A DNA stretch of 64,000 bases from an uncultured virus (IMG/VR IMGVR_UViG_3300034102_003702) (IMGVR_UViG_3300034102_003702:1-64000), one strand, 5' to 3'. Shown: positions 37,875 through 48,142, numbered from the stretch's first letter. Translations and numbers: made by a program. The notes: generated by a model not told the origin, from the sequence alone.

Positions 37875-40800
37875 ATGTTAAACAAACAGACAACTTTAGA
37901 TCTAAACGGTCCAATTCTATCATTTACTACAAATCCAGTTGGAGCAGCAACTACTAATGGTGGATCTGCAACTTTTATCGGTATTGCAACAGCAACATTT
38001 CCCATACAAACTCCACCAAATCCTGCAATACCCACTGGATATATTTCTTATCGATGGTATGATCAAAATGGACCATTAACTGATGGTGCAAATGTAACTG
38101 GATCTGCAACTACGACATTAACTATTTCTAATGTCGTTAGTCCAACTGATCATAATAAACAGTTTTATTTAAATGCAGATTATATACCATCTGCATATGG
38201 AGAAAATCCAATTACAGTTGGTACTGCCAGATCAACTGGAAATGCAATAAATGATCCAATTTCATCTAGTAGTGCAGTTTTAACAGTCTATCCAACATTA
38301 TCGGTAACAAAACAACCTGGCATTAGTACTATTGGACAAAACTCATATACAAGATTTGTTACTAATGCATCAATTACAGATACTAGTCAAGGAAATATTT
38401 CTTATCAATGGCAATTAAATGGTTCTGATCTTTCGGACAGTGCAACTATACAAGGTTCTAAAACAAATGAACTTTTAATTTCTTTACCAAATATTGGGAT
38501 TAATACTGTTAGAGCAAAAATTACTCATCCCACTGCTTCAAACTCTCCATTATATACAAATAATGCCAATCTTGATGTAGTTGCTCCTAGAAAAATACTT
38601 AACGTTGAAGTAATTCCGGATGATAACAGTACTGAGGCACTATTATATTCTTGGAATATTGTTACTCAAGGTCCATATACAATAAATCCAGATCAAATAC
38701 CACCTGGAAGTATTCTTACATTTTATGCACCAGAACTAAGTATTGAGGCATATATTGATATGTACGGAACTGCTGGAGCAGATTATGGAACTTTTGTTGG
38801 AGGAAGAGGTGGAGTATCTACAATCAGATTAACATTAAATAAAAATGAAGAATATGCTGTCACGCCTCTTTCTCTAACTAAAAATGGTGGAGGTGTTTTT
38901 CTATATAAAAAAGCAAAATTAATTGCTGTTGCTGGTGGAGGAGGAAATGCAGGAAAAAATGGTAGTGGCGGTGACGGTGGTGGCGTTAACGTAGCAGGTC
39001 TTACTGCCAGTGGGTCTGGTGGAAGTCTTTATGCTGCAGGAACATTACCCTCAAATGGTATATTTGGTTCTAGTGTTCAATTCGTAACACTTAAATCTGG
39101 AGATACTTTAGCAATTGCTCCCAACGGAGGTAGAGTACTACCTTGCACTAAAGGTGAATATTGGGCCACTCTAGGATTTTCTGCATGTGCTGATGTTGGA
39201 AATACAAAGTACTATACACCTACTGCAGGAGTAAGTACAAATACGGCAACAATTGCAAGAGGATATAAACCAGGATATGGAATTAATGGCACTGCAGGAC
39301 AAGGAATAAATTCTGGAGGCAATGGCGGCAGTGGTGCAACTGGCGGCAATGGTGGTAACGGTGGAGGTGGTGGAGGTGGAAGTGGATATAGTGATGGGTC
39401 TGTAATAATTACTTCTACGCAACAAGGTGGTAATGCCGGTCTTGGAAAAGTTGTAATTCGCGAATATGTACCACCCCCACCACCTCCTCCACCACCGCCG
39501 CCACCACCACCATCTTGTCCTGCTCCATGGACAAAGATCTTAATGGCAGATGGAACTCTTAAGAATGCAGGCGATTTAGTGGTTGGAGATATTCTTAAAA
39601 CGCAGCATAAAAATACTTTAGAATGGGGAGAGTATCCAATTACTTATAAAAAAGTAAGTCCTTCAGAAAGATTAAAACTCACTTTTGAAGAGTCTAACTT
39701 TACTTGCTCTCCAACTCATAAAATGTATGTTGATGGTAAAGGTTGGATATTAGTTACCGATATGGTAATTGGTGATGTTATAAGTAATCAAAAACTATTG
39801 TCAGTAGAACCTGCTGAAAGTGGAGATGTTATTGTTATTGAAGTTGATGAGGCATATACTTTTATTGGTGAAGGATTGTTATCGCGTACAGTGAAGATTG
39901 AATTAACAGAATCTCCACTGCCAATTTTTAATCCATTTCCAAAGATTTTGATGTCAGATAAGACTCAAAAAAATGCTAGAGATTTGAAAGTTGGTGATTT
40001 AATTAAAACTCAACATGAACATACTTTAGAATGGGGAGAGTATCCAATTACACATAATTCAACCTTACAGTCGGAAAGATTAAAACTTACTTTTGATAAT
40101 GCTAAGGTTATTTTTTCTCCAACTCATAAAATGTATGTTGAAAATAAAGGTTGGACTAGAGTTTGTGATATGGCAATTGGTGATGTTGTAAGTAATCAAA
40201 AATTAATAAGTGTGGAGAGTGTTGAATATGGTGATGTTGTTTCAATTGAAGTTGATGATGCACATACTTTTATTAGTGACGGATTATTATCGCACAACAG
40301 AAGAAATCCTCCTCCACCACCGCCACCACCGCCAAAATCACCGCCACCACCTCCATTTGTTCTCCCACGAACACAGCAAGACCCCTTGTTAGCATTTGTG
40401 TCACCACCACCGCCACCGCCACCACCAAAAGCACCACCACCAAAAGCGCCAAAGCCACCCGCACCAGTTGCGCCACCAGTTGCGCCACCAGTTGCGCCAC
40501 CAGTTGCGCCACCATCACTGGCACCATCTTGTCCTGCACCATGGGCAAAGATATTAATGTCTGACGGGACTCTTAAGAATGCGGGTGATCTAAAAGTTGG
40601 TGATTTAATAAAAACTCAAGATGAACACACTTTAGAATGGGGTGAATACTCTGTATTAAAAGTTTCTATCGTTCAAGAAGATAGATTTAAAATGAAATTT
40701 GACCACAAAGATTTGGTCTGCTCAACATCTCATAAAATGTATGTTGAAAATAAAGGTTGGACTAGAGTTTGTGATATGGTAATTGGGGATATTATAAGTG

Positions 40801-41378
40801 GACATACCTTACTTGAAATTGATGATTATGAATATGGAGATGTCGTTGCAATTCAAATTAAGGGTGCTCACACTTATATCTGTGAAGGATTATTATCTCA
40901 CAATTTAAAGATAGTTACTCCACCAGTAACGAATCCACCTGTAACGAATCCATCACCACCAATTACATCCTGTCCTGCTCCATGGACAAAGATCTTAATG
41001 GCAGATGGAACTCAAAAGAATGCAGGTGATCTAAAAGTTGGTGATTTAATTACAACTCGACATGAACATACTTTAGAATGGGGTGAATACTTAATTGATT
41101 ATGTTAAGCAAGTTGATTCTGAAAGATTGAAAATTATCTTTGATCATGTTGAATTTACCTGCTCACCTACTCATACATTTTATAGTGAAGAAAGTGGTTG
41201 GGTTTTAGCTTGTAGTTTAAAAGTTGGTGATATTATTTCTGGGCATACAATTATAAAAATTGAAAGTGCAGAACCTGGAAAGGTTGTTGCAATTCAAGTT
41301 GATGGTGGTCACACCTATATCTCAGAAAACTTATTATCTCACAATAAACTAGTCTCACCACCACCAACAGGCAAATAA
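37875..41378 (+). CDS. Ig-like + Gly-rich protein with four tandem Hint domains and proline-rich linkers
   Basis: ISYRWY/ISYQWQ Ig-like strands, Gly-rich block, then four KILM.D...GD...S..H...LLS(HN/RT) units; AGGAG RBS. Confidence 0.85.
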   Translation: MLNKQTTLDLNGPILSFTTNPVGAATTNGGSATFIGIATATFPIQTPPNPAIPTGYISYRWYDQNGPLTDGANVTGSATTTLTISNVVSPTDHNKQFYLNADYIPSAYGENPITVGTARSTGNAINDPISSSSAVLTVYPTLSVTKQPGISTIGQNSYTRFVTNASITDTSQGNISYQWQLNGSDLSDSATIQGSKTNELLISLPNIGINTVRAKITHPTASNSPLYTNNANLDVVAPRKILNVEVIPDDNSTEALLYSWNIVTQGPYTINPDQIPPGSILTFYAPELSIEAYIDMYGTAGADYGTFVGGRGGVSTIRLTLNKNEEYAVTPLSLTKNGGGVFLYKKAKLIAVAGGGGNAGKNGSGGDGGGVNVAGLTASGSGGSLYAAGTLPSNGIFGSSVQFVTLKSGDTLAIAPNGGRVLPCTKGEYWATLGFSACADVGNTKYYTPTAGVSTNTATIARGYKPGYGINGTAGQGINSGGNGGSGATGGNGGNGGGGGGGSGYSDGSVIITSTQQGGNAGLGKVVIREYVPPPPPPPPPPPPPPSCPAPWTKILMADGTLKNAGDLVVGDILKTQHKNTLEWGEYPITYKKVSPSERLKLTFEESNFTCSPTHKMYVDGKGWILVTDMVIGDVISNQKLLSVEPAESGDVIVIEVDEAYTFIGEGLLSRTVKIELTESPLPIFNPFPKILMSDKTQKNARDLKVGDLIKTQHEHTLEWGEYPITHNSTLQSERLKLTFDNAKVIFSPTHKMYVENKGWTRVCDMAIGDVVSNQKLISVESVEYGDVVSIEVDDAHTFISDGLLSHNRRNPPPPPPPPPKSPPPPPFVLPRTQQDPLLAFVSPPPPPPPPKAPPPKAPKPPAPVAPPVAPPVAPPVAPPSLAPSCPAPWAKILMSDGTLKNAGDLKVGDLIKTQDEHTLEWGEYSVLKVSIVQEDRFKMKFDHKDLVCSTSHKMYVENKGWTRVCDMVIGDIISGHTLLEIDDYEYGDVVAIQIKGAHTYICEGLLSHNLKIVTPPVTNPPVTNPSPPITSCPAPWTKILMADGTQKNAGDLKVGDLITTRHEHTLEWGEYLIDYVKQVDSERLKIIFDHVEFTCSPTHTFYSEESGWVLACSLKVGDIISGHTIIKIESAEPGKVVAIQVDGGHTYISENLLSHNKLVSPPPTGK
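39516..41345 (+). repeat. Four Hint-domain repeats (39516-39890, 39924-40298, 40530-40904, 40971-41345)
   Basis: Each is 375 nt (125 aa); shared DNA blocks such as ACTTTAGAATGGGG in all four. Confidence 0.9.
40464..40514 (+). repeat. 12-bp tandem repeat CCAGTTGCGCCA x4 (encodes PVAP)
   Basis: Four perfect copies read directly. Confidence 0.9.
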
Positions 41379-41382
41379 AAAT

Positions 41383-41952
41383 TCAATCGTTATAAACGGG
41401 AGCGGCATGTGGATCATAAGTCAAAAAAACGCTTAATGTCTGCCTAACGCCGCTCTCAACTTTTTTAACTCCATGTGTGAATTTTAAATCTGCTGGATGA
41501 ACAACTAGCATTCTTGGTTCTGGTTTAACTTCTATATTCAAATTTGGATAATATAATTCTCCACCAACAAAAGAACTATTAAAATAAAGAACACTTCCGT
41601 GCGATCTCCAAGGAGATGAGTTTGGAGTAACTCCATCTTGCTCAATATTATCTGCATGTGGAGTAAGTTCTACTTTATTTTCCCACCTAACAAATTGTGG
41701 ATATTCTATAAAAAGTTTTTGGTCAGATATAGAAGTTTTCTCTACAACACTTCTAATTGATACAATTAACTTAATTAATTTTTCTCTAACTTCTTCTTCC
41801 TTAATTGAAGAATAATATATGCATCTTTTGGACCAGTAATCTTCTGAACTTATATGTTGATCATATGAAGATTTATTTTCTTCTATCCAGTTTAAAAAAT
41901 AATCATTTTCTTCTTCTGTAATAAAATTTCTAATTACCAATGGATAAGACAT
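41383..41952 (-). CDS. 2OG-Fe(II) oxygenase, prolyl-4-hydroxylase-like
   Basis: PHAD (HxD), SVLYFN..F.GGEL, THGVKKVESGVR (distal His and Arg). Confidence 0.88.
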   Translation of the reverse strand: MSYPLVIRNFITEEENDYFLNWIEENKSSYDQHISSEDYWSKRCIYYSSIKEEEVREKLIKLIVSIRSVVEKTSISDQKLFIEYPQFVRWENKVELTPHADNIEQDGVTPNSSPWRSHGSVLYFNSSFVGGELYYPNLNIEVKPEPRMLVVHPADLKFTHGVKKVESGVRQTLSVFLTYDPHAAPVYND

Positions 41953-41982
41953 AAATGTGAATTTTAAAATTGTTCATATTCG

Positions 41983-42005
41983 TATTTATTTCTTTATTAT
42001 AAATA
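41983..42005. promoter_or_regulatory. Divergent pair of late promoters
   Basis: AATAAATA on the minus strand (41983-41990) and TATAAATA on the plus strand (41998-42005). Confidence 0.7.
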
Positions 42006-42033
42006 CTTAAAATAAGGTTGGCGTTCTCCACCT

Positions 42034-43650
42034 ATGGCAATTAAAAAAGCGTTTGTTATAAAAGACGGATTAGAAGTTAATTCTGACGTTCTTATTGTAA
42101 GCGGTCAAACTAAAAATGTTGGCATAGGTTCTACTATTCCAAGAGTGGAATTAGATCTACGTGGTAGGTTTATTGCAACAGATTCTTATCTAACAGGAAT
42201 CTCAACTGTTATAAACGAACTAAACGTCGGAACGAATGGAACGGTTCTTACAGCATTAGGTAGTGGTTCTGTTGGTGTAGGAACAGCACTGCCAAACTAC
42301 TTATTAGATGTTCGTTCTTCAGTCTCTACAGGACAAACAGCACTTTATGTTCAAGGCGATACAAGTGTTACTGGAAAGTTGGATATTGGGGGTAGTATAT
42401 CCTTTAGTGGGTTTACTGCACTTAATGCCAATATCACTGGTATTGCAACAATTGGGACGGTAAAAATATTTTCTGGTATTGTAACTGCCACAAGTACAAG
42501 TGGTGTTGTAACTTATTATGGTGATGGTTCTAAACTTACTAATATTTCTGCTTCTTCTGCTGTCTATGCCATAAATTCTGGTATAGCAACTTATGCAACC
42601 TCTAGTGGTATTTCTAGTACTGCTACTTATGCATTAACTGCAGGAATTTCTACTGCTGCAACTTATGCGACTAGTGCTGGTATAGCAACTTATGCAACCT
42701 CTAGTGGTATTGCAACTTATGCAACTAGTGCTGGAATTTCTTCTGCACTTACGGCAGCAGCATCAGTTAATACTACTGGTATCATAACCGCAGCATCATT
42801 TGTTGGAAATGGTTCTGGATTAACAAATGTTCCTATAAGTGGTATTGCTACTTATGCAACCTCTAGTGGTACAGCAACTTATGCTACTTCTAGTGGTATT
42901 GCTACATCAGTTATGGGTGGTATTGCATCTGTTGCACAATTAAATGTTTCTGGTGTTTCTACCTTCTCTGGAATAACAACTTATACAGCATCCTTATTTG
43001 GAACTACCGCAAGTTTTACTGGCGTTGTTACCGCATTATCATTCTCTGGCTCTGGCGCAAACTTAACTGGACTTGTTGCTGGTGTCGGAATTGCAACTGC
43101 TGGAGGAACAGTAGGAACTGGAGCAACATTCTTAGACTTTAGAGGTTCGGGAATTTCTACTGTAACAGTTAGTTCTGGAATCGCAACTATTAATATTAGT
43201 GGAGGTGGTGGAGGTGGAGTAACAATAAGCGATGATATCTCAACAAATGCAACTAGGTATCTTACATTTACTGACTCTACATCAGGATCTATTTCTGCAG
43301 CAAATGTTTCTTCAACAAATCTCCAATTTAATCCACTATCTGGAAACCTAGCAGCAACTCAATTTACATCACTATCAGACGCAACTCAAAAAACTAACGT
43401 AAGACCTATAGAAAATCCGATTGAAATTACGAAACAACTTGATGGAGTTAGGTTTGATTGGATAAATAACAATAAACCTTCACTTGGTTTGATTGCTCAG
43501 GAAGTAGAAAAAGTACTTCCTGAACTCGTTGAGACCAATAGCGATGGCATTAAGTCAGTAAGTTATTCCAATATGGTTGGACTTTTAATTGAAGCAATCA
43601 AAGAACAACAAGTTCGTATTGAAGAACTGGAGAGAAAATTAGATGCCTAA
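42034..43650 (+). CDS. Tail fibre with C-terminal intramolecular chaperone (peptidase S74-like)
   Basis: VGIG repeats, GIATYATSS repeats, SD...K.N.RPI...W...GLIAQEVEKVLPELV...LIEAIKE coiled coil. Confidence 0.88.
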   Translation: MAIKKAFVIKDGLEVNSDVLIVSGQTKNVGIGSTIPRVELDLRGRFIATDSYLTGISTVINELNVGTNGTVLTALGSGSVGVGTALPNYLLDVRSSVSTGQTALYVQGDTSVTGKLDIGGSISFSGFTALNANITGIATIGTVKIFSGIVTATSTSGVVTYYGDGSKLTNISASSAVYAINSGIATYATSSGISSTATYALTAGISTAATYATSAGIATYATSSGIATYATSAGISSALTAAASVNTTGIITAASFVGNGSGLTNVPISGIATYATSSGTATYATSSGIATSVMGGIASVAQLNVSGVSTFSGITTYTASLFGTTASFTGVVTALSFSGSGANLTGLVAGVGIATAGGTVGTGATFLDFRGSGISTVTVSSGIATINISGGGGGGVTISDDISTNATRYLTFTDSTSGSISAANVSSTNLQFNPLSGNLAATQFTSLSDATQKTNVRPIENPIEITKQLDGVRFDWINNNKPSLGLIAQEVEKVLPELVETNSDGIKSVSYSNMVGLLIEAIKEQQVRIEELERKLDA

Positions 43651-44857
43651 TCAGTTTAATTCTCCAGAAGGAGATTTAGAAAATTACTTTGTGAGTGAGT
43701 ATTGGTTAATTGACCAATGGGTTGGTGATACTTTATGGACTTGGGGAGAAGGATTTAATGGACGGTTAGGAAATAATGCAACATCCAATAGATCCACTCC
43801 AGTCACTACATTTGAGGGAGGAACCAACTGGAAACAGGTTTCTTATGGATATGGACATGCAGCAGCAGTGAAAACTGATGGAACTTTGTGGGTATGGGGA
43901 GGACGTTTTGGTGGAGCACTGGGAACAAACGATTTAGCTTCCAATAGATTAGTTCCCGTTCAAACATTCGCAGGAGGAACCAACTGGAAACAAGTTTCTT
44001 GTGGTTATAAAAGAACAGCAGCAATTAAGACAGATGGAACTTTGTGGGTGTGGGGAGACAATACTGCAGGAGTATTAGGAACCAATGATACAACACAAAG
44101 AAACACACCAGTAACCACATTCGCAGGAGGAACCAACTGGAAACAGGTTTCTTTAGGATATGGTAGTAGTATGGCAGCAATCAAAACTGACGGAACTTTG
44201 TGGGTTTGGGGTGGTAATGATGCAACTTTGGGAACTAATGATGCAATATTCAGATACACTCCAGTCACAACATTCGCAGGAGGAACCAACTGGAAACAAG
44301 TTTCTTCCGGCGCTTCATTTCTTGGTTGCAGTGCAGCAATTAAAACTGATGGAACTTTATGGGTTTGGGGAGATAATTCTTATGGAGGACTAGGAACCAA
44401 TGACACAAATAAAAGATCAACTCCAGTCACAACATTCGCAGGAGGAACCAACTGGAAACAAGTTGATGTTAGTCCGGGCAATATGGCAGCAATCAAAACC
44501 GATGGAACTTTATGGACTTGGGGCCGTAATCTTTATGGGCAACTAGGAATCAATAACACAACTGCAAGATGCACTCCAGTCACTACATTCGCAGGAGGAA
44601 CTAACTGGAAACAAGTTGCTGTTGGAATTGGTGGATCATCAACGACATTTAGTATGATATCAATTAAAACTGATGGAACTCTATGGACATGGGGCGCAGA
44701 TTTAGGCACGGGGATGTTGGGAACTAATGATGCAACACAAAGAAACACACCAGTAACCACATTCGCAGGAGGAACCAACTGGAAACAGGCTACATCTGGC
44801 AGGACCTCTAAAGGCGCAATCACATCAGGCACTGATCCTACCTACTTCATCGCATAA
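43643..44857 (+). CDS. RCC1/BLIP-II-like seven-bladed beta-propeller protein 1
   Basis: Seven repeats of PVTTFAGGTNWKQV...AAIKTDGTLW.WG. Confidence 0.88.
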   Translation: MPNQFNSPEGDLENYFVSEYWLIDQWVGDTLWTWGEGFNGRLGNNATSNRSTPVTTFEGGTNWKQVSYGYGHAAAVKTDGTLWVWGGRFGGALGTNDLASNRLVPVQTFAGGTNWKQVSCGYKRTAAIKTDGTLWVWGDNTAGVLGTNDTTQRNTPVTTFAGGTNWKQVSLGYGSSMAAIKTDGTLWVWGGNDATLGTNDAIFRYTPVTTFAGGTNWKQVSSGASFLGCSAAIKTDGTLWVWGDNSYGGLGTNDTNKRSTPVTTFAGGTNWKQVDVSPGNMAAIKTDGTLWTWGRNLYGQLGINNTTARCTPVTTFAGGTNWKQVAVGIGGSSTTFSMISIKTDGTLWTWGADLGTGMLGTNDATQRNTPVTTFAGGTNWKQATSGRTSKGAITSGTDPTYFIA

Positions 44858-44874
44858 ATAATTAAAAAAGTCAT

Positions 44875-45528
44875 ATGTACGCACTCGTTAATGGTCAGGA
44901 ATTACTTTTAGGACCAATCGCATTCAACTATAGAATGATTAATGATGAACTAGAAGAACTTGAAGTAGATTATAGAGTGACTTCACAAGATTATCAAAAT
45001 GTTCCTATTGTGATCACAGAGGATATTAAGATTCTTCCTGCAAGAAATGAGATCCCAGAGTATAATCCAAGATTTCAAACAGCATCTCAAACAAGTCATA
45101 CAATTGCAGATGATGAAGTAGTCTTTGTTTATACTGTTGAAGATAAAACACTTGGGCAAATTAAAGAAGAATATAAATTAGGTGTAAAACCAGAAAGACA
45201 AAGAAGAGAAAATACATCAATTGAAGTTACTATTAATAATTCTGGAATTACAGTATCAACAGATAGAGAAAATCGTCTAGCACTTATTGCAAAATATATT
45301 GCTGGACCTGGACCTCATAACTTTAAGTTTGATAATGGAACTTGGTTGCAAATTACAACAGAAGATTTACAAACCATTATTCAAGCAGTGGATACAAAAG
45401 TCCAAGAAGCATATGATTGGGAACTTGCAAAACTTCAAGAGATTGATGCTTGTGAAACTAAAGAAGAAGTTTATGAAGTAGAGATTGTTCCTGCTATAAA
45501 AAGACCTGGAGTAGTTGGAGATGCCTAA
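44875..45528 (+). CDS. Tail fibre assembly/adaptor-like protein (DUF4376-like C-terminus)
   Basis: R..RE....V.TDRE.R...FKF..G.W...L......V...VQ.AYDWE; position after fibre. Confidence 0.55.
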   Translation: MYALVNGQELLLGPIAFNYRMINDELEELEVDYRVTSQDYQNVPIVITEDIKILPARNEIPEYNPRFQTASQTSHTIADDEVVFVYTVEDKTLGQIKEEYKLGVKPERQRRENTSIEVTINNSGITVSTDRENRLALIAKYIAGPGPHNFKFDNGTWLQITTEDLQTIIQAVDTKVQEAYDWELAKLQEIDACETKEEVYEVEIVPAIKRPGVVGDA

Positions 45529-46768
45529 TCCTAATACCAACTTTAAAAACAGTAGTGGTCTTGATTTAGGTAATGTATTAATTACCAAAGAATACTTGAT
45601 GACTGTGTATCCGCAGATTGCAAATCAGTTGATTACTCCAGAATTATGGAGTTGGGGTCGTAACAGTGCTGGACAACTCGGAGACAATACAACAACCAAT
45701 AGAGTGACTCCAGTTACAACTATTGGGGGAGGAGCAAATTGGAGACAAGTTTCTTGTTCAGGTGTCGGTAATGCCATCACTGGAGCAATCAAACTTGATG
45801 GAACACTATGGACTTGGGGTTGGGGACAAGACGGGATTCTGGGGAATAATAACGGTGGGTCTTTTGCATGGCCCTCACCATCCACAACATTTGCTGGAGG
45901 AACCAATTGGAAACAAGTTTCTGTTTCTCGTAGTCATTCTGCAGCAATCAAAACTGATGGAACCTTATGGACTTGGGGACTTAATAGTAATGGTCGGCTA
46001 GGAGACAATACATCATCCACTAGACTCACTCCAGTCACCACATTTGCAGGAGGAACCAACTGGAAACAAGTTTCTTGTGGATGTAATCCATATGATGTAT
46101 TCATGGGATGCACTGCAGCAATCAAGACTGATGGAACTTTATGGACTTGGGGTCGCAATGCTTATGGGCAACTCGGAGACAATACAACAACCAATAGAGT
46201 GACTCCAGTCACCACATTTGCAGGAGGAAACAACTGGAAACAAGTTTCTTGTGGAGGACAATTTGTTTCAGCAATCAAAACCGATGGAACTTTGTGGGGT
46301 TGGGGGTATAATAATTTAGGGCAACTGGGAACCAATAATACAACTAATAGACCTACACCAGGCACAACATTTGCAGGAGGAACCAACTGGAAACAAGTTT
46401 CTTGCGAAGGTGGATTTTCTTCATCTGCAATCAAAACTGATGGAACTTTATGGGTTTGGGGAGTTAATTCCGGAACTTTGGGGACTGGCAGTGATGTAAG
46501 TATTAAACTTACTCCAGTAACTACATTTGCTGGAGGAACGAACTGGAAACAAGTTTCTATGGGAGAAGGGACTACGGCAGCAATCAAAACTGATGGAACT
46601 TTGTGGGGTTGGGGTCGCAATGCTTATGGTCAGTTAGGAACTAGTAGCGCAATAACCCCAATATGTTCACCAGTCATAATATTCGGAGGAACTAATTGGA
46701 AACAAATTTCTTCTAATGCAGTGAACATGTCGGCAATAAGAACTTCAGATGATTTACAAGGTATCTAA
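45521..46768 (+). CDS. RCC1/BLIP-II-like seven-bladed beta-propeller protein 2
   Basis: Seven repeats of the same framework. Confidence 0.88.
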   Translation: MPNPNTNFKNSSGLDLGNVLITKEYLMTVYPQIANQLITPELWSWGRNSAGQLGDNTTTNRVTPVTTIGGGANWRQVSCSGVGNAITGAIKLDGTLWTWGWGQDGILGNNNGGSFAWPSPSTTFAGGTNWKQVSVSRSHSAAIKTDGTLWTWGLNSNGRLGDNTSSTRLTPVTTFAGGTNWKQVSCGCNPYDVFMGCTAAIKTDGTLWTWGRNAYGQLGDNTTTNRVTPVTTFAGGNNWKQVSCGGQFVSAIKTDGTLWGWGYNNLGQLGTNNTTNRPTPGTTFAGGTNWKQVSCEGGFSSSAIKTDGTLWVWGVNSGTLGTGSDVSIKLTPVTTFAGGTNWKQVSMGEGTTAAIKTDGTLWGWGRNAYGQLGTSSAITPICSPVIIFGGTNWKQISSNAVNMSAIRTSDDLQGI

Positions 46769-46792
46769 ATACCTTCAAATACATTATTTTAT

Positions 46793-48142
46793 ATGAACCC
46801 CATTGAGTTAGTTGCAAAAACATTATATTCCTTTCAAGAACATCAACTTACATTTGAACTTCTAGATGCTTTTGGTAAAAGAGCACAAGTATTCTCACAA
46901 TATGATGAGATTGCAAAGTGCTTCTTTGAACTCAAGAACTTCTCCAAAGCAATTGAGTATGGAGAAAAAGGTCTTAAATTAGCAAAGTCAAAAGAAGAAC
47001 TTTATATCACTACAAAGAATTTGATTAATGCTTATAATCAAAACAACTATCCAGAAAAAGCAATAACACAAATTTCAAAAATCAAATCACAAAATCCTCA
47101 AGATACTGAACTTCTTCTTGAGGAAACTTTTGCTTATTCTGCAATTAATCAAAAAGAAAAATCAGAAAAACTTTTATTCAATCTTCTTCAAAAGAAACTA
47201 CCAGAAGAAATTGAAAGAAAAGCATATCACAACTTATCTGGACATTATTTCCGCAAGAATGATATTCGTACAGGACTTCAACATTTTCTCAAAGCAGGAG
47301 AAGTAGAAGCATATAAGAATAGAAAACTTCCTGAATATGAGAAATGGGATGGAACCATCACACCTGGAAGAACTATTATTGTAGATAATGAATGTGGTGC
47401 TGGTGATGAAGTGATTCATATCAGGTTTATGAAGCATCTCAAAGAACTTGGAATGAAACCTATCTGGAGTTCAACCAGAAGAGAACTTGTAGAACTCTTT
47501 CAACATAATGGATATGATGCTGTTTGTGTTTATGACAATCCAGAGTTTCCTAAAGATTCCTGTTGGGTTTATGGACTTGCACTTCCTTATTATCTCAATC
47601 TAACAATAGAAGATTTGGGACAAGAACCTTATCTTCAAACCATTCCAAAGTATGATGAGAAATGGAAATGGATGCAGGAAGATACTGAATACAAAATTGG
47701 AATGTTCTGGGCATCTAGTTCTGGATTTGAACAGAACTCATTTAGAAGTGTAGAACTTAAAGACTATATGAGTGTTCTTGGAAATAAAGGATACTCGTTA
47801 TATTCATTACAAACTCATAGTGATAATAAGGATGCTAATGAGTATCCAGAAATCAAACAATCACTATCAGTTCAAGGTAGAGAATTTGCTGATACATTCT
47901 CTATCATTAAGAACCTTGATATGGTTGTGACTTCTTGTAGTTTTGTATCTCACGTTGCAGCATCATTAGGTAAAGAAGTCTGTGTCTTTGTTCCTATTAT
48001 GGAATATTATGTTTGGACAAGTTCAACAGGAAAATCTATGTGGTATGGGGATAATGTTCATCTATTCAGACAAAAGAAACCAAGAACCTGGGATGCACCA
48101 ATTAAAGAGTTTGGAGAGTTTATGAATGATAGAGGAGTATGA
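46793..48142 (+). CDS. TPR-repeat protein with C-terminal GT-B (GT9-like) glycosyltransferase domain
   Basis: TPR helices; WDG, ECGAGD..H.RF; FADT..II.NLDMVVTSCS.VSHVAASLGK; WYG...LFRQ...W. Confidence 0.75.
   Translation: MNPIELVAKTLYSFQEHQLTFELLDAFGKRAQVFSQYDEIAKCFFELKNFSKAIEYGEKGLKLAKSKEELYITTKNLINAYNQNNYPEKAITQISKIKSQNPQDTELLLEETFAYSAINQKEKSEKLLFNLLQKKLPEEIERKAYHNLSGHYFRKNDIRTGLQHFLKAGEVEAYKNRKLPEYEKWDGTITPGRTIIVDNECGAGDEVIHIRFMKHLKELGMKPIWSSTRRELVELFQHNGYDAVCVYDNPEFPKDSCWVYGLALPYYLNLTIEDLGQEPYLQTIPKYDEKWKWMQEDTEYKIGMFWASSSGFEQNSFRSVELKDYMSVLGNKGYSLYSLQTHSDNKDANEYPEIKQSLSVQGREFADTFSIIKNLDMVVTSCSFVSHVAASLGKEVCVFVPIMEYYVWTSSTGKSMWYGDNVHLFRQKKPRTWDAPIKEFGEFMNDRGV

Noticed and set aside
39516..41345. 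Classical protein-splicing inteins or homing elements
   Set aside because: No endonuclease domain, no Cys/Ser/Thr at +1 after the terminal Asn, and they do not interrupt a conserved enzyme; better treated as BIL/Hint cleavage domains.
43806..46620. Antisense and alternate-frame ORFs with repeated VPPANVVTGV
   Set aside because: Shadows of the propeller repeats.
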